IMG/VR virus record: IMGVR_UViG_3300017903_001594
Coordinates: 1 to 55,705 of that record
Source: a virus
Taxonomy: Duplodnaviria > Caudoviricetes
DNA length: 55,705 nt
Reading direction: 5' to 3' (one strand)
A program made the translations under genes and the position numbers. Position 1 is the first letter of the stretch. The number at the start of each line of letters is the position of its first letter. Positions 31,217-42,696 of the stretch are shown piece by piece. The notes beneath the pieces are model-generated. The model did no database searches. It was not told the DNA's origin and saw only the letters and a program-made list of their open reading frames with translations.

Positions 31217-33284
31217 CAATTTGGAATGGAATTATTTCATCATTAGCAGAGATAGATGTTCCCGAACCACTATAAAATGACAATCCAGTAAATGCTGTCC
31301 CTGTTTTACCTGTGTATTCATACACAGAAGTTGTACCATCACCATGAGCGAGGAGTAACTTTCCAGAGTCTTCAAAATATACTGTAGATTGTACAAATAA
31401 TGTGTCAACAACCAATGCCCCATCTGCTTTTGTAACTGGGGTTTGGATTGTGGGAATACCCATTTGGAATCTAACGCCGTCCTGTAGAACAGCAGAGTTT
31501 CCTCTAATAGTTGGGTCAAAATCTTCAATACGAATTTGATCCCCATAAATTCTTTCTATATTATCTAACGTATTACCTTCCCCAACTCCAAAGTCAACGA
31601 AGATGTTATTTTCAAAAGTCTTGAGAGTAAGACCAGCATTTCCTAGACTATAATTATCTAACTTATCTGGCGAGAATACACTGAGGTTTTCGACTTCAAA
31701 CTGAGAACCATCTCTCCTATCAATGATATTATATGAATATTGATCTAAAGTATAGTTGTTTCCATCTCTCTTTCTAATAAATCTAGATAAAACATAACGC
31801 TCAATTTGATAATCAACTAAACCTCTATTATATGGGAATGTCGCTCCAGATCCTCCAATTTCTTCGGCACCACCTGTTACGATCAAAACAAATGTTGTTG
31901 AGATTGTATCAATATCTTGTAATAATGTAGCAATATCTGTATTAACAAGTGTTCTTTGTTTAGGAACTCTTACTTGATATTCATAATTGATATCAGCTTT
32001 CTCATAACTTAGAGCTTTAACAAAGGTCATAGATTGAGATTCTACTTCATTGTAATTTACACCAACAGTAATATCAGAACCAAATGAGATAATATTAGCA
32101 AGTTTTTCATCAGTTGTGGAAATGGTTGAATTAACTTCTAGGTCATTTACTGTATATTGCTCGAAATAACCATTAGAAGTAACAAAGAGATTTGTCTTTG
32201 CTTTATTGACAATTTGCTGACCACTTTCAAATCTGGATACACTGTCAACTAAAAGATTGGAACCAATATTAATATCAACAATCGTCTTATCTAATCCAGC
32301 ATTTTCAGTCGAAGAAATCGTCGAGTTAACTTCTAAATCATTTACTGTCTTTTGTTCAATATTACCACCATCAGTAGATAAGAATAAGGTTATATCAGCG
32401 GGATTGATACTAGATACAGTATCAATGTATAAATTCAATCCAACATTAATGTCAATGACAGTTTGATTGGTCCCTGCATTTTCTACTACAGGTGGATTTA
32501 CAACAGAGCGAAAGTTTTCAAAAAATGTAATTGCTGTTCCATGTGAACCAATACTAAAAAATGGTATTTCAACAGAACCAATAATTTTCAGTCTATCAAG
32601 ATTTGATTTACTATAAATTTCAATATCATGTATACTTTGCTTCAGTATTGATCTACTTACATCAGATAATTTTACATCTCTTACAAACGGGAAAGTTATA
32701 TTTACTGAAGACTCCGAAGAACCTGAATTGAAAGCACCAAAAGATCTAACTGGTTGTATAGAATCGCCAGCAGCAGTAATCTGATCTCTAGTAAAAATTC
32801 CAAGTTCTAATTTTGGATGTATAATGCTTTTAATAAAAGCGGTATCGGAACCAACGGGAAAACTTGAAGCAGCAGGTTCTACGGATTCTAGATAAGCATC
32901 AGTTACCTCCCATGCTGGTGTGGTAGCACGGAAGGAGTTGTGTTGAAGGACAGGATCTGGGTATGGAGTTATTACATCACCAGCAGCTATAGGTGTTACC
33001 GAACCACTAACAAATTCTATATTAGCTAATATTTTATATCCAAGATTGGCTGTGTATTCCCATATAGAAACAGTTCCATCACCATGAACAATTTCTACTT
33101 GACCAGAATTAGCAAACTCTGTGCTGTCATCAACAACAAGTTCTTGATAAATGCCATCAACGATTAAACTTCGATCTGCTGTAGTTCTAGGACCACTAGG
33201 AATTACCTCACCAGACTTGGGGTCTGTATCTCCTTTAACTAAATTTACAACAGATTCGGATCTGTAAAGAAAATATGACGCCAT
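31212..33284 (-). CDS. Structural protein, probable detached C-terminal part of gp7
   Basis: 690 aa between gp7 and gp8, joined to gp7 by TAATG overlap; N- and C-terminal ST..F..SG...HGDGT...EYT repeats resemble modules in the gp7 ORF. Confidence 0.6.
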   Translation of the reverse strand: MASYFLYRSESVVNLVKGDTDPKSGEVIPSGPRTTADRSLIVDGIYQELVVDDSTEFANSGQVEIVHGDGTVSIWEYTANLGYKILANIEFVSGSVTPIAAGDVITPYPDPVLQHNSFRATTPAWEVTDAYLESVEPAASSFPVGSDTAFIKSIIHPKLELGIFTRDQITAAGDSIQPVRSFGAFNSGSSESSVNITFPFVRDVKLSDVSRSILKQSIHDIEIYSKSNLDRLKIIGSVEIPFFSIGSHGTAITFFENFRSVVNPPVVENAGTNQTVIDINVGLNLYIDTVSSINPADITLFLSTDGGNIEQKTVNDLEVNSTISSTENAGLDKTIVDINIGSNLLVDSVSRFESGQQIVNKAKTNLFVTSNGYFEQYTVNDLEVNSTISTTDEKLANIISFGSDITVGVNYNEVESQSMTFVKALSYEKADINYEYQVRVPKQRTLVNTDIATLLQDIDTISTTFVLIVTGGAEEIGGSGATFPYNRGLVDYQIERYVLSRFIRKRDGNNYTLDQYSYNIIDRRDGSQFEVENLSVFSPDKLDNYSLGNAGLTLKTFENNIFVDFGVGEGNTLDNIERIYGDQIRIEDFDPTIRGNSAVLQDGVRFQMGIPTIQTPVTKADGALVVDTLFVQSTVYFEDSGKLLLAHGDGTTSVYEYTGKTGTAFTGLSFYSGSGTSISANDEIIPFQIV

Positions 33285-36200
33285 TAGTAGATTCTACGTG
33301 AGATTTGCTTTGTGTGAGTCTTCTGGGAATCGACGAAGAACTTCGACGATGATGTAATATTAATATCTAGGGAAGCAGTCACAGAAGTGCTGTTATGTGA
33401 TAGATCGTGACGATCATCAACACTGCCTTCAACTCGAATGACCAATGGTTGTTTATAGTACACTAGTCCGCCGATAATCTTCGATGTGGAGAACAACATT
33501 TCATGATCAGGAACATCTAGTGTTGCCTGAGTAATGCTGTACATGGTATCGCCAGCGTTAATATCATGCTGTTGCTCATGAATTAACTCTAGATCTGCCT
33601 TTGTCGTTATGATAACGGCAGAAGGCAATGCTTTCAATACTCCAGCGTTCACTTCAATATCAACATCAGCAAGCATGTCGAATGGTTGTGTGACATATTC
33701 TGTCTGGAAATGCTTTTCTGGGAAAGCATCTGCCAACTTCATTCTGGCAAACGTAGAACTGCTGTATGCCATATGAGGCTCAACAATTTCAGTAGATTGC
33801 CATAAGACATGCTTAATATGTGGTTTAGCAACAATCTGCTGCTCAGTTCTTACTCTTTGTTCCTGGTGAGATAAAGTAAGAATATGAGAAGAAGTGAAAG
33901 CAACTGGTGCTTCAGTTTCAATTAAAGAAATAAACTGTTCTACCTCTGTATTTTCTAATATATCAAGTTGCTCAGTTGCCCTGATATAGACAACATCGCT
34001 CATTCTCGCTGTAGAAGAAATATCAAGATTGACAATATTGTCAACTGAAGCAGTAGACTGCCTAATTGAAGTTTGTGTTACATGATTAGAAGTAATTACT
34101 TTAACTTGTGGTACAACAATAGAAATAATATTTCTATCTGGAGATGGTTTGAATTCTTCAGGCTCAATTTGATATTCATAATTAATATCAGTGTCAATAT
34201 CTTCTACTTTTGCCTCTGTCTTAATATTGACAATAGCAGTAGATTGTCTTGTAACCTTGGTTTCGAGAACAATCTCAGATTCGACGATAGTAGCACCAAC
34301 ACTGATAGCAGTGGTGTAGAGTTGATCGTGGAATACCAAGTCTCCAGCCTGGTGATTTTCAACAGGACTACCTTGATATCCACGAATAACATTAATAAAT
34401 CTATCTTCAAGTTTTCTGCCGTAGTAAAAGACCTCTCCGTTGATACGAAGTCTACTTGCTGTATCTGGGAACGAAGAAGTATTGGCGACCCACAGAACTT
34501 CATCATCAAGGTCAACGGGGGCGTCGAGATATGAACCAACTCCATTAATTGATCTAGTGTCGAGTTCAAGAACTGCGTCTTGTGTCTCGATAGAGAAGAA
34601 ACTCGTAATTTGTCTGTCAACGTTTTCTTCAATTTGCTTACAGAAGTTGTACTCAGTAACATGAGAAACAAGACCGCCATTAAATAATGTAACTTGATTT
34701 TTAGCATTAACAGAGAAGACATTCTGGAAGAGAGTAGGTCTGTAGATGATTCTAGTATCATCTTCACTAGTCAGATTAATCTCTAGATCTAGAGGATTTT
34801 CAATTAGATCAGGATCTGGCCAAATATGATCTGTGATTCTTCTCTTGTCAATAGTATTTGGATCGGCAGCACCAGTGAAGCTACCAAAAGAAACAATAGA
34901 GAAGAACTTACTAGTAGCACCAGCACCAGTAATGACAATTTCTGTAACAATTTTTGGTTCTTGAATTGCTACATCTAGCAGAGGTTGAGCTCTTAAGTAA
35001 GTAAAACTATCAATCTTACGAGAGTTTTCTTTAATTCTCTTATATTTTCTGGCAACAACAACTTTTGGTGGTTGAGTATATCCAGTACCACCACTTAATA
35101 ATACAACATCAATAATTTGTCCACCATAAGCAATTACTTCTGCTCTTGCTCCACCACCTTTTCCATCAACAGGGATGAAATGAATAATTGGTGGCTCGTA
35201 GTAACCATATGCTGTTGGTTGTAGTAATGGACCACCTTCTAGATATAAACGGAGATCTCTTTGGTTCCAATTTAAAGCAGCAACATTAAGTGAGGAAACT
35301 TGACCAAACTGGTCAACCTCAGCGGTCATACTTAAACCAACTCCATCAGTAAATCCGTTGTAATCGGATACATCTACTTTAGAATAAAGGTTGTTCTGGA
35401 CAAGATCTCCATTATTAGTAGATCTAACCTTTGCAAACATGCTAGAAGATCTAATTTCTCTGTAATCACGCTCACCATCAATAAGGATACGATCGCCTAC
35501 TACAAGGTTTGCTATAAGAGAGTTTCTACTATCCCAAATTTTAGAACTATCAGCATAACCATTTAACCACGGAGAAACTTTCTTTCTAACTGTTCTATCG
35601 CCATCTTCATCAGTTTTATACTCATATGATAAAGTATAAGTTCCTGTTAAAGGTAAATTGATATAATATTCATCTCGATAGGCAAAGTCAGTAACAACAG
35701 TAAGAGGAGAATTTGGATCTATAACAACATTTCTTTCATTAAATACTGTAAGGACCATTTCATCAGGACCATTATATTCTTGCCCAACCCAGTCACCAAC
35801 TACATTGCCATTTTCTTGCTCAAAATGCCATCTAGATCCACTACGTAAATCTAGATCAAATAATAGTTGTTTGAAGTTTTCAGAAACTCCTGTTCCAGAA
35901 AGTGTAATTTCAATTTGGTTGAAAAATGTCGATCTTTCAAAGTCATAGAAAGTTAATGTTCTGGGAATATCACGACCATACATCAAAATGACATTTACAT
36001 CTTGAGTAACTCTACGACCAGTATCATCAACAAAAACATCTAGAGGTTCTGTAAACTCAATATTTGGTCCAACGATAGTATAAGCATCACCTTCTCTTTG
36101 TAGTACACCATCGATGAATACCAAAGCATATGAAGGATCGTCAATTTTTCTTACATCTCTAGTAATTTCATCTAGGAGAAGATATGGACCTTGACCTCTA

Positions 36201-39200
36201 TATTCATAGATTTCTGAATCAATAGTCAGTCTTTCATAACTGCCGATTGTAAAAATGGAACATAATTCATAATTTTTAAGAACCTCTGGAATTTCTTCCG
36301 ATTCATAAGCATCATCGTTATCAATTGGCGGTTTGCTGAATCTAATTCTGTCGGTTGTAGAATTATCTTCACTTCTAACAATTGAATAAGAATTTCCAAA
36401 TGGTTCTGTAGCATTTGCTCTTGCTTTCTGAATCACCCCATTCAAACTTACCAGTAAATTTTCTTGAGGATCTGTTTTTACAATAGATCCATCTTCCCAA
36501 TATAAATCAAATTCAAATAGTCTACCATCAAACTGTGGGGAGATATTTTTTAATTTTTTAAAATATCTGGCAGAAAGATCATCATTCTTGAATCTAATCG
36601 CTCTACCATAGAACTTAACAGCATCTACTTCTTGTCCCTCGGCAATACGTTCTCCTAGAGGTGGTTTGGAAAATATAATTTGTCCACCTTCGACAACATA
36701 AGATACTCCAGGTTCTTGATAGATACCATCTAAGGTTACAATGATCTCTTCTTCTTTTCTTAGTGTTAACGGAGTGCCATTGCTAAGAAGAGAGAAAGAT
36801 GTCGTTCCAATTAGTTGACCTGTATTAGGATCAAAACGTCCGTCAAATGGTGGTTGTAATTCTACAGCAAAAGTTTGAGTTTCCGACGAGTCAAATGTAT
36901 CAATAGCAACAGATCCTCTCCCCTGCTCAATAATTAAATTTTCTAAGGAAAGAATTGTAGTAGTAATTCTTTGCTTAGAAGGATATTCAGGGTCCTCAAT
37001 TATAGAAATATTTACTGGTGGAAGTTCTATATAAGAATCGTGAGAAAGAGAAATAGTCTCTTCGGGAATGCCTGGATCTACCTTGGCATCAACCACCATT
37101 TCACCGAACAGTTTAAATCCTGCTGGGTGGATAGTTTCTTTAATTAAGTCTCTCCAAAACTCAATTGAAGTTTTAGATTTGATAATATATGAATAGTCTT
37201 GATAGAAGAAACTATCTGTTAATTTCTGTGTGTTTTCACTTAGTTTTCCTCTATCAGAATTAAACCTACCAAAATTATCGATATAGTTTTTAATATCGAG
37301 ATCAAATTCTGTAGTTAAGTTAGCAAACAGTGTGGCAGATCTAGATCCAATTGATGATCTAATCTCGTCGCCATTTTTGAATACACCACTAATATTTTGT
37401 ACTCTAAGTAAATTACTCCCTTCTCGATATCCATTAGGAGCAACAGTTGCTGTGGCACCTGTGGAGTTTTGTATAAGTTTTTCCCCAGAGAAAAATACTC
37501 CGTCAATATTTCTTAGTATGAATGTAGTTGGGGAACGGTAAGAAGAAATCTGGGTCTTGTCGGAAGTAAATCCTCTACCAGGACTAGTAATTCTTATAGT
37601 TTTTGGTAAACCAATATTATTAGACCCCAGGTAAATTTTAATGTCCGATTCAACAATTTTAATAGATGGTTTGTAAGTATAATCTTTACCTTTATTAATA
37701 ACTCTTACTTGAGTTAGTAAACCATTTTCAGCAGTACATTCAAATTCTGCTTCCGATCCATCACCATCAGTAATAACAACAATCGGTTTTGAGTAGTTGG
37801 AACCACTATCAATAATTTCAATCGAGTCAATTTTATTGGTAGCAGAATTCCAGTTTACATCAACTTGAGCTTCAAAAGAATTTAAAGCACCGATAACAAT
37901 GGGAATAGAAGTGTAATTTCTTCCAGTATTGGTTAATTTGAGTGATGTGATATTGCCAATAGCAGATCTAGAAGATGTCGTGTATGAAATAGATCCAGAA
38001 CCGTCGTAAGCAGGCAACTGATCCACAGAATATACAAATCTACGATTTGTAGTATAAGTTACTCTCTTAGGACCAGTGAGGGGGTCATCAATAATTCTTA
38101 AATAAGAATTGCTAGTATCAACATCTTCTGCTTTAATAAAGTAAAAGTAATTTTGGAAATTGACAGGTACTTTATTCTGGTAATCATTACCAGCAATAGC
38201 TGGTCCAAATCCCAACTTAATTGTCACAAATGATCCAGGACTTCCAGGAGCGGATGTACTAACTTCTTTTTCTTCTGTAAAAAGATTATAATTAGCACTG
38301 GCAGAAAAATCTAAATATGTATTCACCATAGAAATATGGGACACATCAAATTTGTATTTGTAATATTTTTGAATATCAATCACAGGATTAATATCAAAAT
38401 CAACGGCATCTGTGGAAAACTCTAAATTAAAAGCAGATTCGTCAACAAATCTGAATCTTACTTGTTTTGCTGGAATACTAGAATCAAAAAAGCTTGTAGT
38501 ATTTGATAATTCTTGTGGATTTTGTACACCGTAATCAAAAGCAACAAAAAGTTCTTTAGATGTTGAACTATATTCGATTAAATATGGTTTTAGAAGTCCT
38601 TCTCCAAATGGTCTAAAATTATCGTCAAATCTGTAGAATCCATCTTTAAGTGAAACTTCAGCACCAGAATAATGATTAGTTGGTGATGTTCCTTGAGCAC
38701 CTCTGGTTACAGTTACTTCTTTCTCAGGAACGTCCACAGAAGTAACTTGTAAAATCTCATTCCCAATTTGAAGGTAATCTTGTTGGGAGATATTACTAAC
38801 ATTTGTTAGATATAAAATAGTATTTTCTTTGGCAAATCCAACATGATCGACTTCTAAAACAAAACGTTGAGTGCCACCATCAGGTTGACGATTCAAATCT
38901 TCGTCGCTAACAGTGAGGATATCACCTTTTCTATAATCTTTACCTTTCGTTGTAACAATAACTGAAGAAACAGAACCAGTATCTAATCCAGCAAAACTAC
39001 TTACAACAATAGTAGCCTTAGCGTTATACGGATCTCCAGCAGCTCCAATATTGTTTCTTCTTAGATTTTGATCTTGGAAAATTAATTCAACGTCTTGATA
39101 CGTTCCAATACTATAAGAATCGCCACTATTTAAAACATCTCCACTTCCAATACCACTGTCGTCAATTACAGATGAATGTGTTGGTGATTGGGTATATCCT

Positions 39201-42200
39201 CTTTGATAGAGTCTTTTTCTTACAAAATAAGTAGTTGTTGTATCGGCATCGCTTGGCAATACTTCCACATCTACAGAATCGCCAACGCCTAAGTTGTGAG
39301 CATCAGCAGTTTCAACAATAGCAATGTTATTGTTTACAGAGAAAGGAGTCAAACCAGAACTTAATGATGCTGTAGAAACAACTTCTGCTCTATTAGTATC
39401 ACTTAAATTACTACTACGTAAATAGTATTCTGTAGTAGCAATGAAATTTAGATTGGATGTAACTTTAATTTTTACAGAATTTTTTCTGGCAGTTGTTTCT
39501 AAAATCTCTCCAGAAGCAATAACTTCATCTTCATCATTAGTAAGAATCATTGTAGATCCTACTGTAAAAGAAGCATCTCTATTTAAAATTAAGTTTTGTA
39601 CTAATGTGTCAGCAGTAATCGAGTATCCTTCTCCCGTAGAAAACTCGGTGTCAACATTTCTCAATACTATATCACTAGAATTAATTACATCACCAATTAA
39701 TTCTCCAGCAGCAATCTGCTCGGAGTTTTCATCCAATAAACGAACAAAATCACCTTCAAAAAGATATGCTTGTTCTAAGATCTTGATTTGTGATGATTTT
39801 GTTTGAACAGATTCAATAGAAGTGACATCACGACCACCAACAGATCCGATTTTAATAGATCCACCAGATCCATTTGTTCCAGTCTCATCAATGTAAACTT
39901 GTTTCTCTGGAGAAAAATATCTAAGACTACTTTCAATATAAGAAGAAGTTATGTTACCAGATTTGATATCAGAAATAGTGCCAGAAAAACCAGATCCATT
40001 TTTTTGAGAAAGTTTTGTTCTCAACGCTCTCACATTAACAGGAACTTCATCTTGTGAAATATCAGAATTATAGTTTGAATCTACAGGTAACGAGTAGTAG
40101 TTCTCTCCTAGAATATAAGGAAAAGCTGGAGTTTGGTCTGTATCAGATACTGTTACGAAATAAGCATAGGTTCCCTCTGGATATTCTGGGGTAACACAAA
40201 AACGACCATTATTAACATCTAATTCAGTTTTACCAGAGTTAATACTCGGAACCCATTGATAATCGTCTATAAATGTTCCCAGGGGATATTTTGAAGTATC
40301 TGGTCCCCCAATACGATTACCTTTCAACTGATAACCACTATTAATTCTAGAAACACTGCTAGTTAAATCATATGGATCGCTAAAACCATATGGTCCATAA
40401 ATTGGATTACCATCATAAGCATATCCAATAATAGGAGAGTGTAAAGTTTCTTGGACCTTATTAATGACATAAGAAGAAGGATTATTATAACATCTGGATC
40501 TTAGATTGTTTGGAGCAGCCAAATATCCATAACCATACCCACGTCTACCTCGATAACTTTCAAATACAAATCCGTTATTAATATCAAGGTTATTCTTATA
40601 CTTGTTATATCTGTCTTTTACCCATTCCCTAATCTGTACTACAGCAGCAGCACTAGTTCCAACCGACTCTACAGTTACATTTACATTTCCTCTAGTGTAG
40701 AATCTACCACCATTAATTTTTGTGGCAGATTCAACTTCTCCGTTGGAGTTTATAACTGCTTCAAATTCAGCAAAAGATCCTTTTCCTAAATTATCAACGA
40801 TTCTGATAGTTGGTGGAGAAGAATAATGTCTTCCTCCATTGACAACTTCTAAGCTGGTAATAGCACCAGCAGTAACAATTGGTTTGAAAATAGCACCTTC
40901 GCCAGAAGTTATTCTAATATTAGGAACTTCAGTAAAACTTTCATTCGTTAATATTTCAATTCTATCAATAGTGTTTCCAGCGAGGTAAGATCTCGCTTTA
41001 TTGATTTGCTCATTGATGAGAACAGTGGGAGGCGATACATAACCAGTTCCTCTATTTGTTAAGGTAACATTAGTAATAGGTCCAAATAGAACAGAATCTG
41101 TATCACGATAACTTACAGCAGGTACTCCATCCAAGAAAATACCAACGTCTCTATTTGTTGTTTTATATACTTCGGTGGTTGTAGAAGGAACTTTTCTAAT
41201 TAACTTTAAGTTCTTCTGATCTTCGACATCAACATCAATTAAAACATTATCTAATGAATTGCCAGTTGGAAACGACGAAGAACAAATGTAATAGTATTGA
41301 TCATCTTCATAAATTGCTCCGACATCAGATACTGATTTTTGTTGTACTCCCCTCACAGTTGCCTTATTTGTATTAGGAGTTTCGTTAACAAACCATCTAG
41401 TTTTATACTGAAAACTATCGTAAATAATGGGATCTAGAGTTTCAAATCCAGAATCAGAAATTTGAACCAATTCCCCGACATTAGCATATGGTTGTGGGTC
41501 ATTAGAATCAATACCATATACAGATCCATAAACAATTAAAGATACGCCAGATCCAGTGATACGATTATATAAGTAAACGTTATCACCAACAGAATGATTA
41601 CGAATTGGTCCAATACGTTGATCGATAATAAACTGATTTACAGTTTTGCCGTTATATGAAATTACTTCGTCGCCAATAAGGATTTGACCAGAGTCTGGAA
41701 ATCCCATTGTTGTTTTGACTGTAATTCTGTCTCCAGTCGTAAATAAATTGGTTATGTTATCTGTAAGAACAGATCTTCCAGAAATTTCAAAATTGCCGTT
41801 TATTGTAGTCGGTTCAATAATTAGTTGATACAAAGTATCAACACCATCAGATCCAATAGACCTAACATTGTCAACTACTGCTGAAGCAAAATTTGATGCT
41901 GTGTCTTGTGTAATTACTTGACCAATTAAATTTTTTGGATCACCAGAAAGAATCTTACATGTGACAGTATAATCTTGTGTCCAATCGGAAGTTGAAGATT
42001 TTAAAGTATATTGCTTTGGATCAATTACCTCAGGAACATCATCTGTCGATTTTGAGATAATTGAGTTGAATAAAAACTTAATAGATCTATCAGTGCCTTT
42101 TGACTTATAGAACTTAGTAATGTTTTTAATTAAAAGACGCTTGTCAACCCCTTCCTTTAAATATGCTTCGGGAAAAGAACTTAAATATGTTTTCTCAAAC

Positions 42201-42691
42201 TCTTTAACTAGAGCATATAAAAATAGATTACTAACATTATGTACTACTGCCCCATCTCCATGAGCAGCAGCAGTGGTTGTCACAAAGCGACTAGAATGAT
42301 ATAAATCTCCAAGTGTTGTATTGCCACTAACACCTCTGGAAACCTCTTCTAGGGTGTTTCCATTTTTATTTTGATAGAAGAGTATCTCATCATCAATTTT
42401 GATGTATCCGTTGTCATCTGGAAAGGACGTGGCGTCATCTAAAATTATTGTAGAGGCATCAGCACTAATATTGCCAAATAATTTAGATGATTGCTTTAAA
42501 ACAGATTCTTCGTAATAATCAATATCAGTATATTTCTCTAGATTAGAGATAATATCAATAGGCTGCCCAATGGATTCCTGCTGTTCGTAGTATTTTTCTA
42601 CGAACTTAGAAAAATTCTCGTATTCGGTAGTAATAAACCCTGGAAGTTGTGACTCAATCAGGGACGAAATTTTTCTCTTCTTAGGAGCCAT
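33284..42691 (-). CDS. gp7: Baseplate wedge initiator (T4 gp7-like, 3135 aa)
   Basis: ISSLIESQLPGFI, LIKNITKFYKSKGT, HSPIIGYAYDGNPIYGPYG, NGRFCVTPEYPEGTYAYF, DSFFYQDYSYIIKS, HPAGFKLFGE; between gp6 and gp8. Confidence 0.88.
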   Translation of the reverse strand: MAPKKRKISSLIESQLPGFITTEYENFSKFVEKYYEQQESIGQPIDIISNLEKYTDIDYYEESVLKQSSKLFGNISADASTIILDDATSFPDDNGYIKIDDEILFYQNKNGNTLEEVSRGVSGNTTLGDLYHSSRFVTTTAAAHGDGAVVHNVSNLFLYALVKEFEKTYLSSFPEAYLKEGVDKRLLIKNITKFYKSKGTDRSIKFLFNSIISKSTDDVPEVIDPKQYTLKSSTSDWTQDYTVTCKILSGDPKNLIGQVITQDTASNFASAVVDNVRSIGSDGVDTLYQLIIEPTTINGNFEISGRSVLTDNITNLFTTGDRITVKTTMGFPDSGQILIGDEVISYNGKTVNQFIIDQRIGPIRNHSVGDNVYLYNRITGSGVSLIVYGSVYGIDSNDPQPYANVGELVQISDSGFETLDPIIYDSFQYKTRWFVNETPNTNKATVRGVQQKSVSDVGAIYEDDQYYYICSSSFPTGNSLDNVLIDVDVEDQKNLKLIRKVPSTTTEVYKTTNRDVGIFLDGVPAVSYRDTDSVLFGPITNVTLTNRGTGYVSPPTVLINEQINKARSYLAGNTIDRIEILTNESFTEVPNIRITSGEGAIFKPIVTAGAITSLEVVNGGRHYSSPPTIRIVDNLGKGSFAEFEAVINSNGEVESATKINGGRFYTRGNVNVTVESVGTSAAAVVQIREWVKDRYNKYKNNLDINNGFVFESYRGRRGYGYGYLAAPNNLRSRCYNNPSSYVINKVQETLHSPIIGYAYDGNPIYGPYGFSDPYDLTSSVSRINSGYQLKGNRIGGPDTSKYPLGTFIDDYQWVPSINSGKTELDVNNGRFCVTPEYPEGTYAYFVTVSDTDQTPAFPYILGENYYSLPVDSNYNSDISQDEVPVNVRALRTKLSQKNGSGFSGTISDIKSGNITSSYIESSLRYFSPEKQVYIDETGTNGSGGSIKIGSVGGRDVTSIESVQTKSSQIKILEQAYLFEGDFVRLLDENSEQIAAGELIGDVINSSDIVLRNVDTEFSTGEGYSITADTLVQNLILNRDASFTVGSTMILTNDEDEVIASGEILETTARKNSVKIKVTSNLNFIATTEYYLRSSNLSDTNRAEVVSTASLSSGLTPFSVNNNIAIVETADAHNLGVGDSVDVEVLPSDADTTTTYFVRKRLYQRGYTQSPTHSSVIDDSGIGSGDVLNSGDSYSIGTYQDVELIFQDQNLRRNNIGAAGDPYNAKATIVVSSFAGLDTGSVSSVIVTTKGKDYRKGDILTVSDEDLNRQPDGGTQRFVLEVDHVGFAKENTILYLTNVSNISQQDYLQIGNEILQVTSVDVPEKEVTVTRGAQGTSPTNHYSGAEVSLKDGFYRFDDNFRPFGEGLLKPYLIEYSSTSKELFVAFDYGVQNPQELSNTTSFFDSSIPAKQVRFRFVDESAFNLEFSTDAVDFDINPVIDIQKYYKYKFDVSHISMVNTYLDFSASANYNLFTEEKEVSTSAPGSPGSFVTIKLGFGPAIAGNDYQNKVPVNFQNYFYFIKAEDVDTSNSYLRIIDDPLTGPKRVTYTTNRRFVYSVDQLPAYDGSGSISYTTSSRSAIGNITSLKLTNTGRNYTSIPIVIGALNSFEAQVDVNWNSATNKIDSIEIIDSGSNYSKPIVVITDGDGSEAEFECTAENGLLTQVRVINKGKDYTYKPSIKIVESDIKIYLGSNNIGLPKTIRITSPGRGFTSDKTQISSYRSPTTFILRNIDGVFFSGEKLIQNSTGATATVAPNGYREGSNLLRVQNISGVFKNGDEIRSSIGSRSATLFANLTTEFDLDIKNYIDNFGRFNSDRGKLSENTQKLTDSFFYQDYSYIIKSKTSIEFWRDLIKETIHPAGFKLFGEMVVDAKVDPGIPEETISLSHDSYIELPPVNISIIEDPEYPSKQRITTTILSLENLIIEQGRGSVAIDTFDSSETQTFAVELQPPFDGRFDPNTGQLIGTTSFSLLSNGTPLTLRKEEEIIVTLDGIYQEPGVSYVVEGGQIIFSKPPLGERIAEGQEVDAVKFYGRAIRFKNDDLSARYFKKLKNISPQFDGRLFEFDLYWEDGSIVKTDPQENLLVSLNGVIQKARANATEPFGNSYSIVRSEDNSTTDRIRFSKPPIDNDDAYESEEIPEVLKNYELCSIFTIGSYERLTIDSEIYEYRGQGPYLLLDEITRDVRKIDDPSYALVFIDGVLQREGDAYTIVGPNIEFTEPLDVFVDDTGRRVTQDVNVILMYGRDIPRTLTFYDFERSTFFNQIEITLSGTGVSENFKQLLFDLDLRSGSRWHFEQENGNVVGDWVGQEYNGPDEMVLTVFNERNVVIDPNSPLTVVTDFAYRDEYYINLPLTGTYTLSYEYKTDEDGDRTVRKKVSPWLNGYADSSKIWDSRNSLIANLVVGDRILIDGERDYREIRSSSMFAKVRSTNNGDLVQNNLYSKVDVSDYNGFTDGVGLSMTAEVDQFGQVSSLNVAALNWNQRDLRLYLEGGPLLQPTAYGYYEPPIIHFIPVDGKGGGARAEVIAYGGQIIDVVLLSGGTGYTQPPKVVVARKYKRIKENSRKIDSFTYLRAQPLLDVAIQEPKIVTEIVITGAGATSKFFSIVSFGSFTGAADPNTIDKRRITDHIWPDPDLIENPLDLEINLTSEDDTRIIYRPTLFQNVFSVNAKNQVTLFNGGLVSHVTEYNFCKQIEENVDRQITSFFSIETQDAVLELDTRSINGVGSYLDAPVDLDDEVLWVANTSSFPDTASRLRINGEVFYYGRKLEDRFINVIRGYQGSPVENHQAGDLVFHDQLYTTAISVGATIVESEIVLETKVTRQSTAIVNIKTEAKVEDIDTDINYEYQIEPEEFKPSPDRNIISIVVPQVKVITSNHVTQTSIRQSTASVDNIVNLDISSTARMSDVVYIRATEQLDILENTEVEQFISLIETEAPVAFTSSHILTLSHQEQRVRTEQQIVAKPHIKHVLWQSTEIVEPHMAYSSSTFARMKLADAFPEKHFQTEYVTQPFDMLADVDIEVNAGVLKALPSAVIITTKADLELIHEQQHDINAGDTMYSITQATLDVPDHEMLFSTSKIIGGLVYYKQPLVIRVEGSVDDRHDLSHNSTSVTASLDINITSSSKFFVDSQKTHTKQISRRIY

Positions 42692-42696
42692 CTAAT

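Noticed and set aside
38411-38419. Single TTTTCCACA (reverse strand) in gp7
   Set aside because: Isolated and intragenic; compatible with chance in AT-rich DNA
5671-42691. Inteins or introns explaining the giant ORFs
   Set aside because: No intein splice-junction or homing-endonuclease motifs noticed; the length is explained by structural repeats
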